Assembly: GCA_036392215.1 (NCBI GenBank)
Contig: DASVYJ010000062.1
Span: forward strand, 15,361-79,360
From: Candidatus Limnocylindrales bacterium
GTDB lineage: Bacteria > Chloroflexota > Limnocylindria > Limnocylindrales > CSP1-4
Direction: 5' to 3'
DNA length: 64,000 nt
Shown here: positions 46,976 through 56,012 of the stretch, piece by piece
Numbering within the stretch: the first letter of the stretch is position 1
Layout: each line of letters starts with the position of its first letter
Position numbers and translations under genes: made by a program
The notes under the pieces: model-generated
The model's input: the letters and a program-made list of their open reading frames with translations, nothing else
Databases searched by the model: none
Told to the model about the DNA's origin: nothing

Positions 46976-49900
46976 CTACGCCGCGCCGACGGGCCCGACG
47001 TCGGCGTGCGCGACGTCCGATGCAGGCGCCTCCGAGCGGACCGGCACGATGACCTCGACCCGCGTCCCGCGCCCGGGCGCCGTCTCTACATCCAGCTGCC
47101 CGCCGAGCTTCTCGGCGCGCGCCCGCATCCCGGCCAGGCCGAGATGGCCGGCCGGGACCGTCGCCGGATCGAAGCCCATCCCATCGTCTTCGACCGCGAG
47201 GCGGATCCGGCCGCCATCGCGCGCGAGCGTCATCTGGACCCCGTGGGCGGCGGCGTGCTTCACCACGTTGTGGAGCGCCTCCTGGGCGATCCGGAAGAGC
47301 GCCGCCTCCACCTCGGGGGCAAAGCGCTCCTGCTCGTCCGCCTGCAGGACGACCGGCAGGCCGGTCCGGCCCTGGACCGCCGCCGCGTGCGTCCGGAGGG
47401 CGGCGACGAGCCCGTCGGTCTCCAGGCTCGCCGGGCGCAGCTCGAAGATGAGGGCCCGCATCTCGGCCAGTGCGTCGCGCTGCAGGTCGCGCAGCGTCTC
47501 GAGCTTCGGCAGGGCCGCCGCCGGATCGCGCCCCAGGAGCACCTCGATGCTGCGGGTCACGAGGGTCATGCTGAAGAGCGCCTGCGTGACCGAGTCGTGC
47601 AGCTCGCGGGCGAGGTGGGAGCGCTCCTCGCTCGCCGCGAGCTCGGCCGCCTGCCGCCGCAGGTCACGCTCGAGCCGCTCCCGTTCCCGCAGGTCGCGGA
47701 CGGCGCCGTGGGCACCCAGGTAGCGGCCGTCCTCGACGATCGTCCGCGCGTGCATCTCGACCGGGACCCGGCTGCCGTCGCGATGCTGGGCGACGAAGCG
47801 ATAGCGGAGCTCCCGGGCCGGCCCGCCCGACAGTGACGCCTGCCACTGGCCGCTGACGTAGGTCTGTGACTCGGGATGGATGACGGCCGAGAAGTGGCGG
47901 CCGACCAGCTCGTCGGGGCGCCAGCCGAGCAGCCGCTCGCTCGTCTCGCTCATGAACGAGAAGCGGCCCTCCGCGTCGGCCGCCCAGACGATGTCGGGCG
48001 AATGCTCGACCAGGTAGCGGTACTGCGCCTCCGACTCGCGCAGCTCGCGCTCGAGCCGCTCTCGCTCGCTCACGTCGCGCAACGAGCCGTGGGCCCCGGC
48101 GAAGGAGCCGTCGCGGCGGAGGGGGACCGCCGACACCTCGGAGGGGGTCCGCGAGCCGTCGCGGTGGAGCATCTCGATCGGGACGCGGACGACGGCCTCG
48201 GTGCCGTCCACGAGCGCCTGCCAGGCCGTCTCCGCCGCGTAGAGCGACTCCGGCGCCACGATCGCCGACCAGTGCCGCCCCACGACCTCATCGGGGGCCC
48301 AGCCGTACAGGCCCGTTGCCGTCTCGCTCCAGAAGTTGAACCGTCCGTCTGCCTCCGCGCCCCAGACGCCGTCAGGCAGGGTCTGGACGAGGCCGCGGTA
48401 GCGGGCCTCCGACTCGCTCAGCTCCCGCTCCAGGCGATCCTGCTCCCGGATGTCGCGGACCGAGCCGTGGGCCCACGAGAAATGGCCCTCCTCGGCCGCG
48501 AGGATGCCCCGGAACTCGACCGGGATGGCCGAGCCGTCGCGATGCCGGAGATGGAAGCGGCTGCGGACCTCACGGATCGGCCCGGCCGTCTCGGTCCACC
48601 AGTCGCGGACCGCCACGTCCGTCGAGTCGGGGTGAACGAGGACCGAGAAGTGCTGGCCGAGGAGCTCCTCGGACCGCCAGCCGGTGAGCCGCTCGCAGGT
48701 CTCGCTGAGCAGGATGAGGCGGCCCTGGCGATCGAGCGACCAGACGAGGTCGGGCGAGTTCTCGACGAGGTACCGGTAGCGGGCCTCGGATTCGCGGAGG
48801 CGGTCGTAGAGGCGGACGTTGGCCACCACGATGGCCGCCTGGTCGGCCAGCGCGGACAGCTGTCCGATGGCGGCCCCCGGGACCGCGCGAGGCGCCCGGT
48901 AGGAGACGGCGAGCGTCCCGACGACGCCCTGGTCGGATGCGCGCAGCGGCGCGACGGCGACCGCCCGGAGGCCCAGGCGATCGGCCACGTCCTGATCGTC
49001 CGGCTCGTGCGGGATGCGCGGATCCACCAGGTAGTCCTCGGTCCAGACCGGCTCGCCGAGCGAGGCGGCCAGGCCGTTGATGCCCCCGTCGAGCGGGAAC
49101 CGCTGCGTCTTGAGCCAGGCGTGGAGGCCAGGGTCTCCCCCTGCGACGACGGCCGGCACGAGGTCGCGGCCGCCATCCTCGAGGAGGGTGAGGTGCGCCC
49201 CGTCCGAGCCGAGGAGGCGGCGCGTCTCGTCGACGACCTGCTGGAGCACCTCGGCCGGGTCGCGCAGCGAGGTGATCCGGGCACCGATCTGGCGCAGCGT
49301 CCGCTCCGACTCGGCCCGGCTGGCGAGCTCCACCTCCGAGCGCCGGAGGGCCTCGATGAGGCGGGCGTTCGTCATCGCCACCGCGGCGTGGTCAGCGAAG
49401 GCGGCGATGAGTGCGACGTCGTCGGGACCGAAGGCGCCCGGCCGCCGGGAGTAGACGGCCAGCAGGCCGACGGGTCCCGCGTCGGTCAACAGCGGCGCGG
49501 CGACGAGCGAGCGAAGCTCGAGGCGCCGAACGAGGTCGTCGCTGCCGGGCACCGCCGGCGGCAGGCCGGAGCCGATGTAGTCGTCGACGGCGACCACCCG
49601 CCGCTCGGCGAGGGCCTGCCCGAACAGGCCCTGCCCGACGTGCAGCTCGAGCGACCGCAGCCGGCCCAGCAGCTCGGGGTCGTCGACCCGAGCGAAGTAG
49701 CCGGCCCGGACCCGGCCATCGGCCTCGACCGTGTCGATGAGCGCCCCGTCGGCGTCGACGAGGCGGGCCGCTGCGTCGACGGCCTGCTGGAGGAGCGTCG
49801 CCGGGTCGCGGATGGCGGCCAGGCCGGCCACGATCTCGCCCATCGCGTGCTCCGCGGCGACCCGCCGCTCGAGCTGGCCGCGCGAGCGGTCGAGGGCCTC

Positions 49901-51757
49901 GATCAGCGCGGCATTGGCCATCGCCACGGCCGCCGTGTCGGCGAGCGCGGCGACCAGGGCGACGTCATCGGGATCGAAGGCCGCCGGCCGTGAGGAGTGG
50001 ACGCCGAGCACACCCACCACGCCGGCTTCGGTCATCAGCGGCGCGGCCACCAGCGAGCGGAAGCCGACCCGCCGGGCGAACTCGTCGGAGGCGGGCCGGT
50101 GCTCGAAGCTCGGGTCGGCGAGGTAGTCGTCGCTCACGACGACGCGCCGTTCCGCCACCGCCCGGCCCAGCACCCCCTCGCCGATGCGGAGGTCGAGCGC
50201 GTGGAGCGCGTCGCGAACGACGGCGTCGTCCAGGCCCGCGTCGTACGCCCAGCGGATCCGGCCCACCTCATCGACCTCGGCGATCTCGGCCCAGTCGGCT
50301 CCGGCCAGCCGTGCCGCGGCCGCGACCGCCGACTCGAGGAGGGCCTGCGGCTGGCGGATCGCGGCGAGTTTGCCGGCGATCTCACGAAGGCTGCGCTCGG
50401 CCTCGGCTCGCCGGGCGAGTTCGGTCCGCGACCGTCCGAGCTCCTCGATGAGGCGGGCGTTCGTCAGCGCCGCCGCCGCCTGGTCCGCGAATGCCGCGAT
50501 GAGCGCGACGTCCTCCTCGTCGAAGGCGGCCCGTCGTGACGAGTAGACGCCGAGCACCCCCAGGACCTCGCCGCCGCTCAGCAGCGGGGCGGCGACGAGC
50601 GAGGCGAGGCCGAGCTCACGGCACAGGTCGTCGGAGTCGGGCACGTGGACGAAGCGGGCGTCGGCCAGGTAGTCGTCGGTGACGACCACGCGCCGTTCGG
50701 CGGCGGCCAGGCCGAGCATGCCCTCGCCCGTCCCGACCGTGTTCGCCCGGAGGAGCGCGGCTGCCCTACCCTGTGGCTCGCCCGAGTCGTAGCCCGGCCC
50801 GACGCCGCCCCCGAGCAGCATCCGCCCGAGCATCGCCCCGTCCGCCCCGGCCAGCCGGGCGGCCTCGTCGACGGTCCGTTGCAGGAGCTCGTCGACGTCC
50901 CGGATCGCGACCAGGTCGCCGACGAGCCGGCGGAGGCTCCGCTCGCGCTCGGCCCGCCGGGCCACCTGCTCGCGCGAGCGGCCCAGCTCGGCGATCAGCC
51001 GGAGGTTGACGGCGGCCGCGGCGGCGTGCTCGGCCAGCGCCCGGACGAGGGCCGCCTCGGCCTCCCCGAAAGCCGCAGGGCGGCCGCTGAACACGCCGAG
51101 CGCGCCGATCGGCCCCGCGTCGCCAGGCAGCGGCGCGACCACCATCGAGCGGATGCCGGCCTCCGCGACGACGCGGTCCGCCTCCGCGGTATGGGGGAAC
51201 GAGCTGTCCGCCGCGTAATCGTCGGTGACAAGGACGCAGCCGTCGGCGACGGCCCGGCCGAACATGCCCGAGCCGAGCGGCAGGCGGAGGCCTCGGGCCC
51301 AGTCGCGGTCCTGGTCGGTGACGCCGGTGTCGTGAGTCAGGGTGAGGGTCGCCCCGTCCGGATCGAGGACGTAGATCATCCCGCCACCGGCACCGAGCAG
51401 GCGGACGGCCTCGTCGACGGTCCCTTCGAGCAGGCGCTGGACATCGGGCTCGGCCGTGCCGACGGAAGCGATCGGACGGCGGGGCGCGCGGGCACCAGGG
51501 ACGGGGGCCGGGCGAGGTCGGCGAGGGGCGGCTGCGGGACGCACGGCGCCGGAAGCATACGCGTCGTTCGGCAGGGCGGCCAGCCGGCAGATGTCACGGT
51601 CGCCGGCCTCGTCATCCGTCGCATCCCGCGGCCCGGCCTTCGACGGTTCACCGGACCGGCATCGTCCGACGGGCGCTCCCGTCGTCCGTCCGGCGCGGCC
51701 GGCTGGCGTCCGCCGCCACGCTCTGTCCCGCCGACGGCCGCTCGAGCTGCGCGGCAC
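46976..51757 (-). CDS. Giant soluble sensor histidine kinase: 5 GAF + 3 PAS + HisKA_3 + HATPase_c
   Basis: The kinase core (HLARELHDSVTQALF...HNVVKHA...DDGMGF...GLAGMRARAEKLGG) spans about 46976-47645. Three PAS units span about 47645-48800. Five GAF units span about 48800-51440. No TM segment is present. The first ~70 codons are Arg-rich, so the true start may be the GTG at 51542-51544. Confidence 0.85.
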   Translation of the reverse strand: MPRSSSGRRRDRAWRRTPAGRAGRTTGAPVGRCRSGEPSKAGPRDATDDEAGDRDICRLAALPNDAYASGAVRPAAAPRRPRPAPVPGARAPRRPIASVGTAEPDVQRLLEGTVDEAVRLLGAGGGMIYVLDPDGATLTLTHDTGVTDQDRDWARGLRLPLGSGMFGRAVADGCVLVTDDYAADSSFPHTAEADRVVAEAGIRSMVVAPLPGDAGPIGALGVFSGRPAAFGEAEAALVRALAEHAAAAAVNLRLIAELGRSREQVARRAERERSLRRLVGDLVAIRDVDELLQRTVDEAARLAGADGAMLGRMLLGGGVGPGYDSGEPQGRAAALLRANTVGTGEGMLGLAAAERRVVVTDDYLADARFVHVPDSDDLCRELGLASLVAAPLLSGGEVLGVLGVYSSRRAAFDEEDVALIAAFADQAAAALTNARLIEELGRSRTELARRAEAERSLREIAGKLAAIRQPQALLESAVAAAARLAGADWAEIAEVDEVGRIRWAYDAGLDDAVVRDALHALDLRIGEGVLGRAVAERRVVVSDDYLADPSFEHRPASDEFARRVGFRSLVAAPLMTEAGVVGVLGVHSSRPAAFDPDDVALVAALADTAAVAMANAALIEALDRSRGQLERRVAAEHAMGEIVAGLAAIRDPATLLQQAVDAAARLVDADGALIDTVEADGRVRAGYFARVDDPELLGRLRSLELHVGQGLFGQALAERRVVAVDDYIGSGLPPAVPGSDDLVRRLELRSLVAAPLLTDAGPVGLLAVYSRRPGAFGPDDVALIAAFADHAAVAMTNARLIEALRRSEVELASRAESERTLRQIGARITSLRDPAEVLQQVVDETRRLLGSDGAHLTLLEDGGRDLVPAVVAGGDPGLHAWLKTQRFPLDGGINGLAASLGEPVWTEDYLVDPRIPHEPDDQDVADRLGLRAVAVAPLRASDQGVVGTLAVSYRAPRAVPGAAIGQLSALADQAAIVVANVRLYDRLRESEARYRYLVENSPDLVWSLDRQGRLILLSETCERLTGWRSEELLGQHFSVLVHPDSTDVAVRDWWTETAGPIREVRSRFHLRHRDGSAIPVEFRGILAAEEGHFSWAHGSVRDIREQDRLERELSESEARYRGLVQTLPDGVWGAEADGRFNFWSETATGLYGWAPDEVVGRHWSAIVAPESLYAAETAWQALVDGTEAVVRVPIEMLHRDGSRTPSEVSAVPLRRDGSFAGAHGSLRDVSERERLERELRESEAQYRYLVEHSPDIVWAADAEGRFSFMSETSERLLGWRPDELVGRHFSAVIHPESQTYVSGQWQASLSGGPARELRYRFVAQHRDGSRVPVEMHARTIVEDGRYLGAHGAVRDLRERERLERDLRRQAAELAASEERSHLARELHDSVTQALFSMTLVTRSIEVLLGRDPAAALPKLETLRDLQRDALAEMRALIFELRPASLETDGLVAALRTHAAAVQGRTGLPVVLQADEQERFAPEVEAALFRIAQEALHNVVKHAAAHGVQMTLARDGGRIRLAVEDDGMGFDPATVPAGHLGLAGMRARAEKLGGQLDVETAPGRGTRVEVIVPVRSEAPASDVAHADVGPVGAA

Positions 51758-51777
51758 GACAGCCGGAGAGGTACCAG

Positions 51778-52218
51778 ATGACCGGATCGTCCAGCGTCCA
51801 GCGCCGCATCGACCCCGTCGAGGCCGTCCTGCGGACCACCGGGATCGCGCTCGCCCTCGGCACGGCGTACATCCACTCCACGCTCGGGGGCCTGCTCTTC
51901 ACCCTCAACGCCGTCGGCTTCGCGACGTTCGCCGTCGCCCTCGTCGCCCCGATCGGCCTGGTGGTGCCCGGCCGGTTCGCCGAGCCGCTGCGGGTCCTCG
52001 TCCGGCTCGGTCTGCTGGGTTTCGCCGCAGCGACCGTCGCGGGCTGGATCGCCTTCGGCGCGCGCTTCGACCTCGGGTACTACGCCACGGCCATCGAGGT
52101 GGCGATCGTCGTCGTCATGGCCCTCGATCTGGAGCGGGCAGTCGGCAGCCCGATGGCCGTCGCGCGCAGCGTGCTCCGTCTCGTCCCGTCGGCGGCCCGG
52201 CCCGCCGTTCGCGCCTGA
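51778..52218 (+). CDS. Hypothetical 4-TM membrane protein
   Basis: The sequence is hydrophobic (TGIALALGTAYIHSTLGGLLFTLNAVGFATFAVALVAPIG...). GGAGAGG lies upstream of the ATG at 51778. It sits directly upstream of the cupredoxin gene. Confidence 0.6.
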   Translation: MTGSSSVQRRIDPVEAVLRTTGIALALGTAYIHSTLGGLLFTLNAVGFATFAVALVAPIGLVVPGRFAEPLRVLVRLGLLGFAAATVAGWIAFGARFDLGYYATAIEVAIVVVMALDLERAVGSPMAVARSVLRLVPSAARPAVRA

Positions 52219-52270
52219 ACCGCCCGCCCACCGACCGAGTCCCGACCCCACCCTCGAAGGAGACCGCCCC

Positions 52271-52669
52271 ATGCCCGTGGCGACGAAACCACTGACCGTC
52301 CGCCTCGCCGTCCTCGCCCTGACATTCGGCCTCGCGGGCTGTGCGGGCGCGAACGCGGGCGACGCACCGTCGGCCCCGACGGGATCGCCCGACCCCGCTG
52401 CGCCGCGGGTCGTCGCCAGGGACATCGCCTTCCAGCCGGGGACGGTCACGGTGCGAGCGGGCGCGGCCACGGACCTCGTCTTCGACAACGAGGACACCGC
52501 CCCGCACGACATCGCCGTCCTCGCGTCGGACGGGTCGGTCCTCTTCCGCGGCGACGTCTTCAGCGGGGCCGCGCAGCGGGTCTACCGGCTGCCGGTCCTC
52601 AAGGCGGGGACGTACCGCTTGGTCTGCGACGTGCACCCGAACATGGTGGGGACGCTCGTCGCCCGCTGA
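52271..52669 (+). CDS. Cupredoxin (type-1 blue copper, amicyanin/plastocyanin-like) lipoprotein
   Basis: Lipobox LTFGLAGC. The copper ligand pattern is H (APHD) ... C-x2-H-x2-M (CDVHPNM). Confidence 0.8.
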   Translation: MPVATKPLTVRLAVLALTFGLAGCAGANAGDAPSAPTGSPDPAAPRVVARDIAFQPGTVTVRAGAATDLVFDNEDTAPHDIAVLASDGSVLFRGDVFSGAAQRVYRLPVLKAGTYRLVCDVHPNMVGTLVAR

Positions 52670-52703
52670 ACGGTCGGCGCCCTGCCCCGCCACGCAGCGC
52701 TCG

Positions 52704-52731
52704 AAGGACCCTGGCCCAGGCCGGGGTCCTT
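52704..52731. terminator. Hairpin between convergent genes (possible bidirectional terminator)
   Basis: AAGGACCC (52704-52711) pairs with GGGTCCTT (52724-52731) around a 12-nt loop. Confidence 0.35.
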
Positions 52732-52789
52732 GGCATCGGCGACTCCTCGCTCGACGCGTCCTCGTCCAGCCCCGCCTGCCTCGATCGCC

Positions 52790-53311
52790 TCAGGCCCCGG
52801 TGAGGCCGCCGGCGCGGACCTCGATGTGGGCGCCGGGGAAGAAGAGCGAGAGGTCGATGTCGGCCGCCACCCGGTCCACGGCATAGCGATCCACCCAGCC
52901 GAAGCCCACCGCCTGAACCTCCTCGTCGGGCAGCTGGACCAGCCCGACGCTGGCCCGACCGACGAGGACGAACTGGCCGCCCGGTCTCGCCAGCGCTCGC
53001 GCCGGGTCGAAGCCCGGCAGGGTGGGCAGCTCGGCCTCGATGCGATACGGCCCGAGCACCAGGCTGAGCGGGTGCCACGCGGCGTGCATCAGCGTCGGCG
53101 TGTCGGGCGGGGCGAGGACGAACAGCAGCTCGTCCACGGGGAGCTCGCCGCCGGCCGCCGTCTCCAGCGGTCCCCCGTCGAGCGGGGCCAGGCGCACGTC
53201 GCGGACGGCGAGGGTCGTGACCGTCTCCAGCAACTCTCCGAGTCGGCCGCTGGCGGCGACCGTGCCCTCGATCGCGCCAAGGGCGGTGAAGGCCTGGAGC
53301 GGGATCGCCAT
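52790..53311 (-). CDS. Hypothetical protein (173 aa)
   Basis: Non-biased composition from the ATG at 53309-53311, with GGAGG 6 nt upstream. No family recognised. Confidence 0.5.
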   Translation of the reverse strand: MAIPLQAFTALGAIEGTVAASGRLGELLETVTTLAVRDVRLAPLDGGPLETAAGGELPVDELLFVLAPPDTPTLMHAAWHPLSLVLGPYRIEAELPTLPGFDPARALARPGGQFVLVGRASVGLVQLPDEEVQAVGFGWVDRYAVDRVAADIDLSLFFPGAHIEVRAGGLTGA

Positions 53312-53549
53312 GCGGCGCCTCCGTCCCCCGGGAGCCCGGCTTGCCACGGTCCAGCCTCGCAGCGTCCAGGGAGCGACACCACCGACCGTCCGTACCTGGC
53401 CCGTCGGCCCTTCGTACCGCGGCCGGCCTGCCATGGCTTCGTAACGGCGGGATCGGCCGATGTAGCGGGCCGCGGACCCCGCCGCCGCCTATGGTCCGAC
53501 GGCCGGGGGAGGGACCCCGAATCGGACTGCGGATCAGGAGGACACACGC

Positions 53550-53810
53550 ATGGGCATCATCGCCTGGATCGTCCTCGGCGCCATCGCCGGGTTCATCGCC
53601 AACATGATCGAAGGCGGCGGCGAAGGCGTCATCGGCACGATCATCCTCGGCATCGTCGGCGCCATCGTGGGCGGCTTCATCGCCTCGGCCCTGGGCGTCG
53701 GGACGGTGACCGGCCTGAACATCGGCAGCATCGTGATCGCCGTGATCGGCGCCGTCATCGTGCTGGCCATCTGGCGGGCGATCGCCGGGCGGCGGACCGT
53801 CGAGGTCTGA
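53550..53810 (+). CDS. GlsB/YeaQ/YmgE family stress-response membrane protein (transglycosylase-associated)
   Basis: MGIIAWIVLGAIAGFIANMI...GIVGAIVGGFI is characteristic of the family. CAGGAGGA lies upstream. Confidence 0.85.
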   Translation: MGIIAWIVLGAIAGFIANMIEGGGEGVIGTIILGIVGAIVGGFIASALGVGTVTGLNIGSIVIAVIGAVIVLAIWRAIAGRRTVEV

Positions 53811-53835
53811 CGGACGCTCGCCAACCGCACGCGTC

Positions 53836-53863
53836 GACGGCCCGGGCACCCGCCCGGGCCGTC
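53836..53863 (+). terminator. Hairpin terminator after the GlsB-family gene
   Basis: Perfect 12-bp stem GACGGCCCGGGC / GCCCGGGCCGTC with an ACCC loop, 26 nt after the stop. Confidence 0.55.
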
Positions 53864-54039
53864 CCGATTCCGGCGTCGGCCCGCCTGCAACACGGGTGAT
53901 AGGCGCACCGCGCGCCGACCGGGCCACGCGCACGGGGGGAGCGCGCATCCTGCTGCCCCCGGGGTGGGACGCCAGTGTCGACTGGCCTGAGTGAGACCGG
54001 GCGCCGCGGAACGGTCGAAGCCCGAAGGAGGAGCGCCCC

Positions 54040-54783
54040 ATGGCGGAGCTGACACGGCAGTTCGGCGACGGCCTCGCCGGGTTCTTCGGCAGCGGGTCCG
54101 TGCAGCTCGTCCTGCGCCTCGCGGTCGCCTACGTCGTCGCGGTCTGGCTGGCGGCTGCCTGGTGGGCCTTCCGGGACGCCCACGACCGCACGACGAATCC
54201 CGTCGTCCCGTACCTGGCCGCCGGCCTCGTCATCGCCTTCACCCCGCTCCTCTTCCCCCTCGGCCTGGTCCTGTACCGGATCGCCAGGCCGGCGGAGCGC
54301 CTGACCGAACGGGAGGAGCACGAGTTGACTCGCGACGCGCTGCTGGCGGAGGCCGCCTCGGTCGGGACCTGCCCGGGCTGCGACCGAGCGACCGCGGCGG
54401 ACTGGCTCGTCTGCCCCAGCTGCGCGACCCGTCTCGCCCGACGCTGCCCCGCCTGCGAGCGCTCCGTCAGCCTCGACTGGGTCGTCTGCGCCTGGTGCGC
54501 GACCGAGCTGCAGCCGGCTCCGGGCCTCGTGCCGGAGTCGCTGGGCCGCTCCGAGGGGCGACAACCCGTGGGGGTCATGGACACCCTCGCCGCCGTGTCA
54601 GACAGCGTCGCCTCCGTCTCCGCCGCGATGTCCGAGGCGGTCGCCAACGCGGTCGTCGGCGCTCGATCGACCGCCGACGACGAGCGTGCGCGGGTCATCA
54701 AGCTCGACCGACCGCGCCGCGCCGTCGAGCCCGCGACGGGCGAGGTCGCGGCGACGAGCGAGCAGACCCAGCTGCCAGCCTGA
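54040..54783 (+). CDS. Membrane protein with a double zinc-ribbon domain
   Basis: Two TM helices are followed by CPGC...CPSC...CPAC...CAWC (four CxxC pairs). GAAGGAGGA lies upstream of the ATG. Confidence 0.65.
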   Translation: MAELTRQFGDGLAGFFGSGSVQLVLRLAVAYVVAVWLAAAWWAFRDAHDRTTNPVVPYLAAGLVIAFTPLLFPLGLVLYRIARPAERLTEREEHELTRDALLAEAASVGTCPGCDRATAADWLVCPSCATRLARRCPACERSVSLDWVVCAWCATELQPAPGLVPESLGRSEGRQPVGVMDTLAAVSDSVASVSAAMSEAVANAVVGARSTADDERARVIKLDRPRRAVEPATGEVAATSEQTQLPA

Positions 54784-54804
54784 GGTCGCGTCCCCGGCGT
54801 TCCC

Positions 54805-55320
54805 TCAGCGCGGTCGCCGGTACCGCCGTCGCCGCCGGGCGCGTCCGTCGCCCGAGCCGTCCACCGGGACGATGCTGATCGAGCCGTCCTCCTCGAGCGC
54901 GGCCAGCTTCATGTCCTCCACCCGTTCCAGGCCGTGCTCGCGGAGGGCGGCCGAGAGGTCCGTCTCGTCCAGGCCCTCGCGCTCGACCATCTCGGGCAGC
55001 CAGGCCCCGTCGCGTCCGACGATCGTCGGCTGCGGCTCAAGGAGCCGGCGGGCGACCGCCGAGCGCGAGCGCAGGAGGGCCATCGCCCGATTGAGGACGA
55101 AGATCGTGACGAGGATGACGAGGCCGCCCGTGACGGAGTTGTCGGGACCGGTCATGGCCGGCTGGAGGGCGTTCGCCGCCAGCAGGATGAGGGCCAGGTC
55201 GAAAAGCGTGAACTGGCCGACCTCGCGCTTGCCGAAGAGCCGGAGGCCGACCAGGAAGACCGCGTAGACGATGATCGTCCGGGCGATGAGCTCGATCGGC
55301 GAGACGCTCAGCTGCCACAT
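54805..55320 (-). CDS. DUF421 (YetF-like) membrane protein
   Basis: IARTIIVYAVFLVGLRLFGKREVGQFTLFDLALILLAANALQ is the typical DUF421 N-terminus. AAGGAGG lies upstream of the ATG at 55318-55320. Confidence 0.8.
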   Translation of the reverse strand: MWQLSVSPIELIARTIIVYAVFLVGLRLFGKREVGQFTLFDLALILLAANALQPAMTGPDNSVTGGLVILVTIFVLNRAMALLRSRSAVARRLLEPQPTIVGRDGAWLPEMVEREGLDETDLSAALREHGLERVEDMKLAALEEDGSISIVPVDGSGDGRARRRRRYRRPR

Positions 55321-55561
55321 CGGCGGGTCGCCTCCTTGCGCGCCGCGACCTGGGGGATGGGGCCGGCACGTGTCCTGCCCAGTATGCGGTCGCGACGCCC
55401 CGGGCCCACTGCGGTCGCGAGCCGGCGGGCCCGGCCGACCGGCCCATGCGACACGCGGCCCGGGGCCATATGGCCCGCGGCCCCGGCTGCCGATGGCACT
55501 CGCCCCTCCGGAGCCCCGGGTCGATGCTCGCCCCGTGGAGGACCACCGCTCCGTCATCGCC

Positions 55562-55999
55562 ATGCTCCACGAGACGTGGTTCGGCTCGGAGCTCCCGCCC
55601 GAGACCCAGGACCGGCTCGCCTCGCTCGCTTCGATCATCGCCTTCGAGGCCGCCGAGGAGCTCCTCCGCGAGGGTGCCGAGACGACCCGGATGGGGATCG
55701 TCCTCGACGGCCGTCTCGCCCTGCACCAGGTCGTCCCGGGGCGCGGCCCGGTGACGATCCTGAGCGTCGAGCCGGGCGACATCTTCGGCTGGTCCGTGCT
55801 GACGCCGCCCTACCGGGCGAGCTCGACGGTCCTCGCCACGCAGCCCGGCCGCGCCATCGTCTTCGGCGGCGCGGCACTTCGGACGGCGCTCGCCGCCGAC
55901 CACGCCCTGGCCGCCAGCCTCTATCCGCGCGTCCTCCAGGCTGTCGGCCGACGCCTGGCGGCCACTCGCCTGCAGCTGCTGGACCTGTTCGCCAGCTAG
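55562..55999 (+). CDS. Cyclic-nucleotide-binding domain protein (no DNA-binding domain)
   Basis: The cNMP-binding fold pattern is FEAAEELLREGAETTRMGIVLDGRLAL...ILSVEPGDIFGWS...ASSTVLATQPGRAIVF. Alternative in-frame starts are at 55493 and 55535. It lies 13 nt upstream of the next gene. Confidence 0.7.
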   Translation: MLHETWFGSELPPETQDRLASLASIIAFEAAEELLREGAETTRMGIVLDGRLALHQVVPGRGPVTILSVEPGDIFGWSVLTPPYRASSTVLATQPGRAIVFGGAALRTALAADHALAASLYPRVLQAVGRRLAATRLQLLDLFAS

Positions 56000-56012
56000 G
56001 AGGACCGCCAGC

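Noticed and set aside
51545-51757. N-terminal ~70 codons of the histidine-kinase ORF
   Set aside because: This part is Arg/Pro/Gly-rich and unlike the rest of the protein, so it is probably 5' UTR or promoter region. The GTG at 51542-51544 is a more plausible start. The full ORF coordinates were kept in the feature list with this caveat.
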